Made by a program: the position numbers and the translations under genes. From NCBI GenBank assembly GCA_965662335.1, contig CBFIGQ010000022.1, positions 1-58,686 on the forward strand: a stretch of 58,686 nucleotides of DNA, written 5' to 3'. The notes beneath the pieces were generated by a model that was given only the letters and a program-made list of their open reading frames with translations, was not told the origin of the DNA and did not search any database. Numbering within the stretch: the stretch's first letter is position 1; every line of letters starts with the position of its first letter. This DNA comes from Minisyncoccia bacterium. Lineage in GTDB: Bacteria > Patescibacteriota > Minisyncoccia > Phycocordibacterales > UBA9973. Of this stretch, positions 24,682 to 34,103 are shown in pieces.

Positions 24682-27378
24682 ATGATGCCACCACTTAACC
24701 AATTTACGACGAAGGCCAAAGAGGTGATAAAACGTGCCCATGAGCTTGCCATCGAACGAGGGCAAAACTCAGTGTCGACACTGCATCTCCTTGCGGCACT
24801 TCTTGTTCAAGAAGAGTCAAATGTTATTACGCTCCTCGAGCGACTCGATATAGACAGTATCCTCATGACCGATAGTGTTCTTGAGGCTATTGAAAGTGCA
24901 GAGAGTTCAAATACCGTTGCGCCGTCATACCAGATGTTCCTGACCGCAGATCTCGCGCAGGCTATCGAGCAGTCGCTCAAGGTAGCGGCTGAGATGAAAG
25001 ATAGTTTCGTCTCAACAGAGCACCTTTTTGTCGCGCTTCTCGATATTCAAAACCAAGCAACACAGCTTCTTGGGCAATTTAAAATTGACCGGCACGCACT
25101 CATCGAAGCTATTTCTGAATACCGAAGTAACAAAGGTGCAGACACAAAAGAAGGTAAAAAGCTCCGCATGCTCAATAAATTTACCCGCAACCTCACCGCA
25201 CTTGCGCGCGAAGACAAACTTGATCCGGTCATTGGACGCGACATAGAGATCATGCGTATCATGCAGATACTCTCACGCCGTACCAAAAACAACCCAATAC
25301 TTCTTGGTGAACCCGGTACTGGAAAGACCGCAGTCGTTGAGGGTCTTGCAAACCGTATAGCAAAAGGGGACGTTTCAGAATCGCTCAAGGACAAAGAAAT
25401 AGTATCACTTGATATCGGCTCACTTTTGGCAGGTACCAAATACCGTGGCGAATTTGAGGAGCGGGTAAAAAATATTCTCAAAGAAGTTGAGCGCGCAGAA
25501 GGGAAAATTATTCTCTTTATTGATGAGATCCATAATATCGTTGGTGCAGGATCTGGAGAAGGAACTGGCGACTTTGCGCAGCTTCTAAAGCCAGCGCTTG
25601 CCAGAGGAGAGCTGCGCGCGATCGGTGCAACTACCCTCAAAGAATATCAAAAATATATTGAGAAAGACCCGGCGCTCGCACGTCGTTTCCAGCCAGTGTA
25701 TGTCGAAGAACCAACACCAGAAGATACTATCGCCATACTCCGCGGACTTAAAGAAAAGTATGAGCTTTATCATGGCGTACATATCACTGATGACGCGCTC
25801 GTTGCCGCGGTACAGCTCTCAACACGCTATATCACCAGTCGTTTCTTGCCCGACAAGGCGATAGATCTGCTCGACGAGGCTTCATCGGCACTCCGTATGA
25901 CACTTGAAAATAAACCTGCCGTTCTCGAAGAAGCACACCGTAAGATCATGCGTCTTGAAATAGAAAAGGAAGCACTTCGAAAAGACATTGAAGCAGATAC
26001 AGGCGCAAAGGTTGCAAAAGATCGCATCAAGGATATTGATGCGGAGATTGCAAATGTAAATGAGCGTACCAAGGAGCTCGAGATGAAATGGAAACATGAG
26101 AAGTCAACTCTTGGAGAGATAGCAAAGATCAAGAAAGACCTCGAAACCCTCAGACTTGAAGCAGAGGGGTCAGAAGCACGAGCAGATCTCGGACGTGCGG
26201 CAGAGATACGCTATGGGCACATTCCGATGCTCCAAAAAGAACTTGAGACCAAAACTGCAAAACTCAAAAAACTCCAAAAGACTCGTCGAGTACTCAAAGA
26301 AGAAATCACCGCAGAAGATATCGCGCAAGTGGTTGCGCGCTGGACGGGCGTACCGCTCACCAAGATGATGGAAGAAGAACGTGAAAAGCTCGTGCATATG
26401 GAAACAGAGCTCCACAAACGCGTAGTTGGGCAAGACGAAGCTATAGAGAAAATCTCAAATGTGATACGGCGCAACCGTGCAGGTATCGGGGACCCAAATC
26501 GTCCGATCGGATCATTTCTTTTCCTCGGTCCGACAGGAGTGGGAAAGACTGAGCTTACCAAGGCGCTCGCAGAATTTATGTTTAACGACGACAAGGCACT
26601 CATCAGAGTCGACATGAGTGAATACATGGAACGCCACAGCGTCTCAAAACTCATCGGCTCTCCTCCTGGATATGTCGGGCACGAAGAAAGCGGACAACTC
26701 ACTGAAGCAGTGCGTCATCGACCGTATTCAGTCGTACTCTTTGATGAGGTAGAAAAGGCACACCCAGAAGTGTTTAATGTACTGCTCCAAGTTCTCGACG
26801 AAGGACATCTGCGTGATGCAAAGGGAAGGCTTGTGAACTTTAAAAATACGGTCATCATCATGACAAGCAATATCGGTAGTCAGTTTATCGAAAAGATGGA
26901 AACTATCGGGTTCCACACACACAGCGAAGAAGGTGAGTACCTCCATATGAAAGATAAGGTAGAAGGTGCGCTCAAAGATTATTTCCGACCAGAATTCCTC
27001 AACCGTATTGACGAAACAGTAGTCTTTGATATTCTGTCTCAGGCAGCGATCAAGGATATCGTCAAGCTGCGTACTGACTCGGTCCTTTCGAGACTTCTCG
27101 ATAAGGGTATCGAAGTACATATTGCAGACGATGCGCTTTCATATCTGGCTCGTGTCGGATATAATCCTCATTACGGGGCACGTCCCCTCAATCGATTGAT
27201 TCAGACTAAAATCTTGAATCCGATTGCAACCCGTATCATCGCTCGCTCTGTCGAGGAAGGTGATCGGGTGGACGTTTCTATGAACGATGATGACGTCCTC
27301 ATCAACGTTCAACACAAAAAAAAGAAGCGTTCAAATAGTTCTTTGTCTGGACGAAAGAAGGAAGCTTCGGCTTTCTAA
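24682..27378 (+). CDS. clpB: ATP-dependent chaperone ClpB
   Basis: Clp-N repeats, two AAA+ modules (GEPGTGKT, GPTGVGKT) and a long coiled-coil middle domain between them. Confidence 0.95.
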   Translation: MMPPLNQFTTKAKEVIKRAHELAIERGQNSVSTLHLLAALLVQEESNVITLLERLDIDSILMTDSVLEAIESAESSNTVAPSYQMFLTADLAQAIEQSLKVAAEMKDSFVSTEHLFVALLDIQNQATQLLGQFKIDRHALIEAISEYRSNKGADTKEGKKLRMLNKFTRNLTALAREDKLDPVIGRDIEIMRIMQILSRRTKNNPILLGEPGTGKTAVVEGLANRIAKGDVSESLKDKEIVSLDIGSLLAGTKYRGEFEERVKNILKEVERAEGKIILFIDEIHNIVGAGSGEGTGDFAQLLKPALARGELRAIGATTLKEYQKYIEKDPALARRFQPVYVEEPTPEDTIAILRGLKEKYELYHGVHITDDALVAAVQLSTRYITSRFLPDKAIDLLDEASSALRMTLENKPAVLEEAHRKIMRLEIEKEALRKDIEADTGAKVAKDRIKDIDAEIANVNERTKELEMKWKHEKSTLGEIAKIKKDLETLRLEAEGSEARADLGRAAEIRYGHIPMLQKELETKTAKLKKLQKTRRVLKEEITAEDIAQVVARWTGVPLTKMMEEEREKLVHMETELHKRVVGQDEAIEKISNVIRRNRAGIGDPNRPIGSFLFLGPTGVGKTELTKALAEFMFNDDKALIRVDMSEYMERHSVSKLIGSPPGYVGHEESGQLTEAVRHRPYSVVLFDEVEKAHPEVFNVLLQVLDEGHLRDAKGRLVNFKNTVIIMTSNIGSQFIEKMETIGFHTHSEEGEYLHMKDKVEGALKDYFRPEFLNRIDETVVFDILSQAAIKDIVKLRTDSVLSRLLDKGIEVHIADDALSYLARVGYNPHYGARPLNRLIQTKILNPIATRIIARSVEEGDRVDVSMNDDDVLINVQHKKKKRSNSSLSGRKKEASAF

Positions 27379-27413
27379 CCTTTCGCCCAACCCCTCCCAT
27401 TTTTGGGAGGCAT

Positions 27414-27499
27414 GCGTCGATGGTAGAGTGGTCAATTACACCTGACTGTAAATCAGGCGCCTTCGGGCTACGTAGGTTCAAATCCTACTCGGCGCACCA
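27414..27499 (+). tRNA. tRNA-Tyr (anticodon GTA), the only tRNA here with an encoded CCA
   Basis: Acceptor GCGTCGA/TCGGCGC; anticodon arm CCTGA-CTGTAAA-TCAGG; long variable arm; T-arm GTAGG-TTCAAAT-CCTAC; the 3' end reads ACCA. Confidence 0.92.
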
Positions 27500-27502
27500 C
27501 TA

Positions 27503-28237
27503 ATGAAAGAAGAAAAAATATATCTCTATGGGAAGCATGCGCTTCGAGAAATCTTGGGAACCAAACCCGGCGCAGTGCGCAAGGTATTTTTGGATGCGAG
27601 TGCGAGTACCGACAAGGAGCTCATGGGTCTGCTGAAAACGCATGCGATAACTCCAAGCAGTATGAAAGGCGAAGAGAGAAGCGTAGGCGCTGATGCGGTA
27701 CATCAAGGCGTGATCGCACTCATTTCACCAGAAAAGTTGTACACACCGCTCGAGGAAGCGCTTGAGGCAATCAAAGATACTAAGAATCCATCTATCGTAC
27801 TTCTCGATGAACTTCATGATCCGCATAATGTTGGAGCGATTATTCGATCGGCTGCGGCATTTGGCGCGAGTGCAGTCTTGATTCCGGAGCACAACCAAGC
27901 ACCTATCACCGGCACCGTCATCAAGACTTCTGCTGGGATGGTGTTTCGAATTCCGATCGTACAAATCGGAAACGTAAATCAAACAGTGCGCAAGCTCAAA
28001 GAGTCACACGGTTTTTGGGTATACGGGCTTGTGATGGATGGAGATACAAAACTAAAGAATGCAGCATTTGATACACCGACGCTCTTTGTGGTGGGAAACG
28101 AGTCTACGGGCATTAGAGAGAAAACACTGGAGCTCTGTGATGTACAGCTCTCTATACCAATGCAACCAGGCTGTGAGTCGCTCAATGCATCCGTTGCTGC
28201 ATCGGTGGTGCTGTACGAAGCATGGAGAAATAAATAA
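27503..28237 (+). CDS. rlmB: TrmH/SpoU-family 23S rRNA 2'-O-methyltransferase (RlmB-like)
   Basis: LYGKHALRE N-terminal domain, then the SpoU motifs DPHNVGAIIRSA, VVGNESTGI and LNASVAASVVLYE. Confidence 0.82.
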   Translation: MKEEKIYLYGKHALREILGTKPGAVRKVFLDASASTDKELMGLLKTHAITPSSMKGEERSVGADAVHQGVIALISPEKLYTPLEEALEAIKDTKNPSIVLLDELHDPHNVGAIIRSAAAFGASAVLIPEHNQAPITGTVIKTSAGMVFRIPIVQIGNVNQTVRKLKESHGFWVYGLVMDGDTKLKNAAFDTPTLFVVGNESTGIREKTLELCDVQLSIPMQPGCESLNASVAASVVLYEAWRNK

Positions 28238-28263
28238 AGCCGGAGCTACCGGCTTATTTTTTT
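28237..28263. terminator. Bidirectional terminator
   Basis: aagccggagctaccggctt followed by ATTTTTTT. Confidence 0.75.
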
Positions 28264-28631
28264 CTTTTTGGTATTTCATCCTTTAATTCCTGCTTTTCTT
28301 TTGGTACATACCGCGAATGCAATATTGCATAAAAAAGTAAAAAGACAGTTACACTTGTGAAAATAGTCACTGGTCTTTCTAAAACCATATAATATTCAAG
28401 CAGGAAACTACTTGATACTATCAGAATAGATAAACCAATAAAAAAGTATAAAGTGTATCTCGACTTTTTTCCTTTTTGGTAGTCGTGTATTACGGGTTTA
28501 AATATACCTCCATACGTTGCGACTTCAACTATATATATTGAACAGGTGCAAAAAGTTACAATACCAACAATCAATGCAATTATATGCATATATTTTTTTC
28601 TTAATCCTAACCTAAAAAATTCCTTTGTCAA
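28254..28631 (-). CDS. Hypothetical membrane protein (3-4 TM helices)
   Basis: AT-rich ORF with a TTG start at 28631 or an ATG at 28589. Hydrophobic helices throughout. Confidence 0.45.
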   Translation of the reverse strand: MTKEFFRLGLRKKYMHIIALIVGIVTFCTCSIYIVEVATYGGIFKPVIHDYQKGKKSRYTLYFFIGLSILIVSSSFLLEYYMVLERPVTIFTSVTVFLLFYAILHSRYVPKEKQELKDEIPKRKK

Positions 28632-28659
28632 TAAAGGATATTTTTGGTAGGATGCAGAT

Positions 28660-29964
28660 ATGAATGAAAAGGTAGTTACTCGATTTGCTCCGAGTCCGAC
28701 AGGAAAAGCTCATGCTGGAGGGTATCGTACTGCGATGTACGCATGGCTTTTTGCGCGCCAGCAAGGTGGTGAGTTTGTGCTAAGAATAGAGGATACCGAT
28801 AGGGTGCGAAATGTACCAGAAGCAAAAGATGATATCTTTGAAGCACTACAATGGCTCGGAATTAATCATGACCGTATGTATGTTCAATCAGAAAATCTCG
28901 AACGCCATAAAGCAGTTCTTCATCAACTTATAGATGAAAACAAAGCGTATATTTCTAGAGAAGAGGCAAAGGATGGATCTGGGGTACTGAAGGATGTAAT
29001 ACGTTTTCGTAATCCGAATAAAACTATTATATTCAAAGATCTCATTCGGGGTACAATCTCAATTGATACAACGGATCTTGGAGATTTTGTTATTGCGCGA
29101 AATATTGATGACCCTCTCTATCACCTCGCAGTAGTTATTGATGATCACGACGAGGGTATAACACATGTCATTCGCGCAGAAGAACATATATCAAACACTC
29201 CGCGTCATATCTTGCTTCATGAAGCATTAGGTTGGGAACTTCCACAGTACGCTCATTTACCTCTCGTGCTCAGTCTCGATAAAAAGAAACTTTCAAAGAG
29301 AAAGGGTGCTCTTGCGATGACGGATTATGCAAAACTCGGCTATCTGCCTGGTGCGGTATTTAATTGTATAAGTATGCTTGGTTGGAATCCAGCTGATCCA
29401 GGAAGTGATCGTGAAATCTTTTCTATACCAGAACTTATTGAACGTTTTAATTTTGACCGAATGCAAAAATCTGGAGCTATCTTTAAGGAAGAAAAACTTG
29501 ACTGGTTTAATCGTGAATACATCAAAATGCTTTCTTCGGATGAATTTGTAACGTATGCAAGAGCTTTCCTTCCGTCATGGGCAAATGAAGAGATGCTTAA
29601 AAGTGTAGAAGCACTTGTCCGGGAGCGCATTACAAAATTCTCTGACGTGGGAGGATTTTTCGAGGAAAGCAGGTACTTGTTCAAGGATCCAGAAGTAGAT
29701 CAAAAAATGATTGTTTGGAAAAATGACACGTATGAAAATGCGCGTTTGCATTTGAAAAAAGTACGCCAGCTACTTGATGGTGTTAGCGAATGGTCACTAG
29801 AGAGTGTTAAAGCAGCAATCATGCCGTACGCAGAAGATGTAGGAAAGGGAAATGTACTCTGGCCACTGCGTGTTGCGCTCTCAGGCCGTGAGAAGTCACC
29901 AGACCCATTCGAGATAGCAACTATCATCGGCAAAGATGCTACGCTTCGCCGACTCTCGCTCTAA
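28660..29964 (+). CDS. gltX: Glutamate--tRNA ligase (short form)
   Basis: RFAPSPTGKAHAGG (HIGH region), LRIEDTD, and KLSKRKG (KMSKS). Confidence 0.9.
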   Translation: MNEKVVTRFAPSPTGKAHAGGYRTAMYAWLFARQQGGEFVLRIEDTDRVRNVPEAKDDIFEALQWLGINHDRMYVQSENLERHKAVLHQLIDENKAYISREEAKDGSGVLKDVIRFRNPNKTIIFKDLIRGTISIDTTDLGDFVIARNIDDPLYHLAVVIDDHDEGITHVIRAEEHISNTPRHILLHEALGWELPQYAHLPLVLSLDKKKLSKRKGALAMTDYAKLGYLPGAVFNCISMLGWNPADPGSDREIFSIPELIERFNFDRMQKSGAIFKEEKLDWFNREYIKMLSSDEFVTYARAFLPSWANEEMLKSVEALVRERITKFSDVGGFFEESRYLFKDPEVDQKMIVWKNDTYENARLHLKKVRQLLDGVSEWSLESVKAAIMPYAEDVGKGNVLWPLRVALSGREKSPDPFEIATIIGKDATLRRLSL

Positions 29965-29970
29965 TGCAAG

Positions 29971-30003
29971 CACAACCGCCACACGTATCGTGTGGCGGTT
30001 GTG
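29971..30003. repeat. Perfect 15-bp stem / 3-nt loop hairpin with no flanking T-run
   Basis: cacaaccgccacacg-tat-cgtgtggcggttgtg, 7 nt after the gltX stop. Confidence 0.85.
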
Positions 30004-30149
30004 TCGTTAGCCTTGTCTATCAGCTTATAAACTAATCTGATAGACCTTTAGTATAGCAGAAGCTATGAAAAATAGTAAATACAACCCGGGTGTGAATATC
30101 TACATTTCTCGTGTATACTGGGTGTATTAGCAGTAACGATTGAAATTGT

Positions 30150-30512
30150 ATGCAAGTAGTATTTATAATTGGACGAATACTTTTGGGAGGATATTTTCTG
30201 TATAGTGGATTTAACCATTTCGCAAACATGCGCGGCATGACGGCGTATTCAAAAATGAAGGGAGTACCCGCTGCAAAAGCTGCAGTAGTTGTTAGTGGGA
30301 TAATGCTCGCGCTCGGAGGTGTTGCAGTGCTCTTTAACAAGTTTGCGATTCTTGGTATGGCACTCGTCGTCATATTCCTTATTCCTACGACGCTCATGAT
30401 GCACCGATTTTGGAAAGAGACTGATCCCCATGCTCGTATGAGTGAGCGTATCAACTTCACAAAGAATATTGCGCTCATGGGAGCACTCCTTCTCCTTATC
30501 TCAATTGCGTAA
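30150..30512 (+). CDS. DoxX-family membrane protein
   Basis: 120 aa with GRILLGGYFLYSGFNHF and four TM helices. Confidence 0.8.
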   Translation: MQVVFIIGRILLGGYFLYSGFNHFANMRGMTAYSKMKGVPAAKAAVVVSGIMLALGGVAVLFNKFAILGMALVVIFLIPTTLMMHRFWKETDPHARMSERINFTKNIALMGALLLLISIA

Positions 30513-30513
30513 C

Positions 30514-30545
30514 AAAAGTCCCCGATCATGATTCGGGGATTTTTT
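30514..30545. terminator. Bidirectional terminator
   Basis: aaaagtccccgatcatgattcggggatttttt. Confidence 0.85.
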
Positions 30546-31467
30546 ATTGCTCACCCAGGATCTGTTGCCGTTGTGTTTGCCTTTCAAGTATTTCTCGGTG
30601 ATACTGCGAAACTATATCCGCGAGTTCTGATTCACCGAGAGATGTTGCCGTAGGATCTTGCGCGAGTTTTTTCCATGGAGCAGTTTTTCCATACGCATAT
30701 TGTCCATATATGATCACCGGAGTGCCATATGCTAGTCTCGTATTGCCGTCAGGTGAGAGCACCCATTGGTCGGCCCAGTTGTATACCCACTCGGCGTCTT
30801 TGCCAGACATACGGATGCATGAGTGACTCGCTGGATATCCAGGGAGATCATACTGGTGCATTGATATGCCTTCCATGCTATCGAGGTTGAAATACCACGG
30901 CAAGAGCCATGCGTCCTCAATGGTGCTGTGCACGAGTTTTCCTTTCCAGTTTGTACTATAGAGTCTGCTCGGAGTTTGGGTGCTCTCTTTTCCTGTGGAA
31001 ACTGTACCCCAGTGTACTCGCTTGCCATACTCATATGCTCCAAATGCTTGTACTCGTTGAGATATAATAAAGAGCTTTGGTATATCATTTGCGTTTTCAA
31101 TAGTTTCAGGAAATGGACTGTATGCATCAAGATCGGCGAACGAATCAGGGACAACAAAGGTCGTACCTTGAGGTATATGTGCTTGGTCAAGTCGGTTGAG
31201 AGAGAGGGTGAAGTCTACATGAGAGAGTCCAACATCATTTGCAAGTTCTGCAGCTGGTTTCGGGGATGTTGTCGCGAGTGTGTGATATGAGACGGTGCCT
31301 TTTGGTGTAGGGAGAGGCTCAAGTGGAGCGGGGGCAGTAGGCTCAGGTGTTGGAAGTTCGGAGACCTGGGCGGGTGTAGTAGTAGAGGTATCGATACGGG
31401 TAGATGCGTAATACACTAGCACCCCTGCCACAAGACCCTCGACTATATATGGAGTGAGTTTCTTCAT
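30544..31467 (-). CDS. L,D-transpeptidase (YkuD domain) with an N-terminal anchor and a Pro/Thr-rich linker
   Basis: MHQYDLPGYPASHSCIRM catalytic His/Cys box. I chose the ATG at 31467 (MKKLTPYIV). Confidence 0.82.
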   Translation of the reverse strand: MKKLTPYIVEGLVAGVLVYYASTRIDTSTTTPAQVSELPTPEPTAPAPLEPLPTPKGTVSYHTLATTSPKPAAELANDVGLSHVDFTLSLNRLDQAHIPQGTTFVVPDSFADLDAYSPFPETIENANDIPKLFIISQRVQAFGAYEYGKRVHWGTVSTGKESTQTPSRLYSTNWKGKLVHSTIEDAWLLPWYFNLDSMEGISMHQYDLPGYPASHSCIRMSGKDAEWVYNWADQWVLSPDGNTRLAYGTPVIIYGQYAYGKTAPWKKLAQDPTATSLGESELADIVSQYHREILERQTQRQQILGEQ

Positions 31468-31522
31468 AGGCACATTATACCATTTTATTTTTTCTTGATG
31501 AATGTAGTGTACACTTGGGACT

Positions 31523-33196
31523 ATGACGCAGAGCGAAGCGCTTACCATACTAAAAACAGGGGCTAATGTTTTTTTGACAGGGGAGCCTGGTGCCGGCAAG
31601 ACATATACTATCAATGCGTATGTACAGTATTTACGAGAGCACGGTATTGAACCAGCAATCACAGCATCGACCGGTATCGCCGCAACTCATATTGGGGGGC
31701 AGACTATTCACTCATGGAGCGGTATCGGAATTCGCCGCTCGCTCTCTCCGTACGATCTCGATCAGCTCTCAACAACGGAATACCTCGTAAAGCGCATGCA
31801 GTCGACCAAGGTACTGATCATTGATGAAGTATCCATGATCGATGCGAGCATGCTCGATATGTTAGACTCTCTCGCTCGTACGCTTCGAGGAAACGATGAG
31901 GCATTTGGAGGTATGCAGGTCATACTAGTGGGAGACTTTTTTCAGCTTCCTCCTATTTCTCGTGGCGAAACTCACTTTGCATTTGAAAGCGACGCATGGA
32001 AGGCGCTCACTCCTATTGTGTGCTATTTGACCGAGCAACATCGCCAAGCTGATGAGAAATTTCTCGGTATTCTTTCTGCTATACGCTCAAACACCTATGA
32101 CGCGATACACCATGAGCATCTAGAAAAAAGAGTGATCCATGAAGATGTGTATGATCCAGACAAACCTCTGACAAGGCTCTATACTCACAACGCCGATGTA
32201 GACGCTCTCAACACTGACGAACTCGAGCGTCTTGGTGGTATTGCAACGAGTTTTACTATGCAAAGCAAAGGAAGGGAATCGCTCGTTCAAGGCCTCAAAA
32301 AAGGGTGCCTCTCGCCTGAGGTACTTTTCCTCAAGCGAGGTGCGACGGTCATGTGTACTAAAAACAATCCACAAAAAGGGTACGTGAATGGCACGCTCGG
32401 TACCGTGAATGGATTTGAACCGACGACTAAGTATCCAATCATTGAGACGCTCAAAGGGGAGCGGATTACGGTAGAGCCTGAGTCATGGGTACTTGAAGAA
32501 AACGGGAAGGAAAAGGCGCGGATAACCCAAGTACCGCTTCGACTTGCATGGGCTATTACCGTTCATAAAAGCCAGGGAATGAGTATGGATAGTGCAGTCA
32601 TGGATTTGCGTGAGGTTTTTGAATACGGACAAGGATATGTCGCACTCTCACGCGTCAGATCGCTCGAAGGTATACATTTGCTCGGATACAATACGAGGAC
32701 CTTTGAGGTACATCCGAAAATCCTTGCCATCGATGCACGATTTAAGCAGGATTCAGATAGAGCAGCAACACTTTTTGGTGACATGACAAAGAGCGATATC
32801 GCAAAGATGCAAGAGAATTTTATTCTTTCTATTGGTGGTTCACTTTCGACTACTGTTAGAAAAGAAAAAAAGGCAAAAGTTGATACGCTCGAAGCTACCC
32901 TCATGCTCGTACTGCAAGGCAAACTGGTCCCAATCATTGCGCGCGAGCGTGGCATGACTGAGCAAACGATATACGGACATATCGAGCGCCTTGTTGCAGA
33001 TAACAAACTCTCCTATGACGATATTGCATACCTCATAACACCAACTATACAGAAGGGATACAACGAAATAAAACGCACCTTTCAGACGATAGACACTACC
33101 AAGCTTGCTCCAGTGCGCGAAGTCCTCAAAGACAAATACTCCTACGACGAGCTTCGTATCGCACGCATGATGATGGTGCTTGAAGGAAAGGAATAG
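31523..33196 (+). CDS. Pif1/RecD-like SF1 DNA helicase with a C-terminal helix-turn-helix extension
   Basis: GEPGAGKT Walker A, LIIDEVSM Walker B, VGDFFQLPPI, and AITVHKSQGMS. Confidence 0.82.
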   Translation: MTQSEALTILKTGANVFLTGEPGAGKTYTINAYVQYLREHGIEPAITASTGIAATHIGGQTIHSWSGIGIRRSLSPYDLDQLSTTEYLVKRMQSTKVLIIDEVSMIDASMLDMLDSLARTLRGNDEAFGGMQVILVGDFFQLPPISRGETHFAFESDAWKALTPIVCYLTEQHRQADEKFLGILSAIRSNTYDAIHHEHLEKRVIHEDVYDPDKPLTRLYTHNADVDALNTDELERLGGIATSFTMQSKGRESLVQGLKKGCLSPEVLFLKRGATVMCTKNNPQKGYVNGTLGTVNGFEPTTKYPIIETLKGERITVEPESWVLEENGKEKARITQVPLRLAWAITVHKSQGMSMDSAVMDLREVFEYGQGYVALSRVRSLEGIHLLGYNTRTFEVHPKILAIDARFKQDSDRAATLFGDMTKSDIAKMQENFILSIGGSLSTTVRKEKKAKVDTLEATLMLVLQGKLVPIIARERGMTEQTIYGHIERLVADNKLSYDDIAYLITPTIQKGYNEIKRTFQTIDTTKLAPVREVLKDKYSYDELRIARMMMVLEGKE

Positions 33197-33238
33197 GGGA
33201 TTTATACTATACACATACAAGCATAACCACATACCACA

Positions 33239-33301
33239 ATGGCAAAAGGCAACGACAGTCAGCGCAAAGAAAAAAAGAAACCAAAAAAGGGAGCAAAATA
33301 G
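33239..33301 (+). CDS. Possible 20-aa highly basic micro-ORF (MAKGNDSQRKEKKKPKKGAK)
   Basis: ATG ORF immediately followed by a strong terminator. It is too short to validate. Confidence 0.25.
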   Translation: MAKGNDSQRKEKKKPKKGAK

Positions 33302-33304
33302 TCA

Positions 33305-33338
33305 AAGAAAGACCGCAGTGATGCGGTCTTTCTTTTTT
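33305..33338 (+). terminator. Rho-independent terminator
   Basis: gaaagaccgca-gtga-tgcggtctttc followed by TTTTTT. Confidence 0.85.
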
Positions 33339-33386
33339 GGATATGTGTGGTATGGTGGAAGTAAACAACATTTTAAAAATTGAATT

Positions 33387-34103
33387 ATGAAAAAAGCTTT
33401 AAATCCAGAAGGATTTTTTGATTTATTTAAATGGCTAAAAAACAAAAAGTTTGAAGAAATACCGAAGCGTGATTTGTTAGAAAGTGCAATACATTCAGGA
33501 GTTAAAAAATTTGTAAGAGGCAAGGAGGGTATTGAAAAATGCTTTAGAGGTTACTTTAATGAAAGCGAAGTCATTGTCTGTACGACGTGGAGTGATTTGC
33601 TACAAAAACCTAAGAAGAGCGATACCGGATGGGTACTCTCCATAAATAAGTATATGGAAGAACCTTTGTATTCAAAACCCATACGTAGAAGGTCTGACAA
33701 CTTCTTTTTGATTATGAAATCCTGGGTTAGTTGCCTGGTTGAAATTGCAGAAAAATGGCCAAGTTTCCCAAACACCAATGTAAAACTTTTGCTTGTTCGT
33801 GTTAAGGGGTTAATTCATATGCGTAAGTTCATTCCACCAACTCAATGCGGCCGTTATATTAAACGTAAACCTTACACCTTTTGGCTTGTAGAAATGGATT
33901 TAAGTATTGAAAATAGTAAGTTCTTGATACAGAAATATGGTAGTTACTACAAGTATCGTATCCGCGATGATGCTAACCGTATCGAAGCGGGAAAAGAACC
34001 TCGCTCAGTCGCACGTGTAAATAGGTACAACCAAAAACATGGTGTACAACATTCTGATGCCGAAGGTATCGATCCTGAACCGAATTATGATGTTCCAGAT
34101 TAA
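33387..34103 (+). CDS. Hypothetical basic protein (238 aa), translationally coupled to the coupling-ATPase gene
   Basis: AT-rich ATG ORF. Its stop overlaps the next start (TAATG). No motif recognised. Confidence 0.6.
   Translation: MKKALNPEGFFDLFKWLKNKKFEEIPKRDLLESAIHSGVKKFVRGKEGIEKCFRGYFNESEVIVCTTWSDLLQKPKKSDTGWVLSINKYMEEPLYSKPIRRRSDNFFLIMKSWVSCLVEIAEKWPSFPNTNVKLLLVRVKGLIHMRKFIPPTQCGRYIKRKPYTFWLVEMDLSIENSKFLIQKYGSYYKYRIRDDANRIEAGKEPRSVARVNRYNQKHGVQHSDAEGIDPEPNYDVPD

Noticed and set aside
27393-27410. The hairpin cctccca-tttt-tgggagg between clpB and tRNA-Tyr as a terminator.
   Set aside because: No T-run follows it and the tRNA starts 4 nt later. It is more likely a processing or structural element of a clpB-tRNA-rlmB co-transcript, and the evidence is too weak to call.
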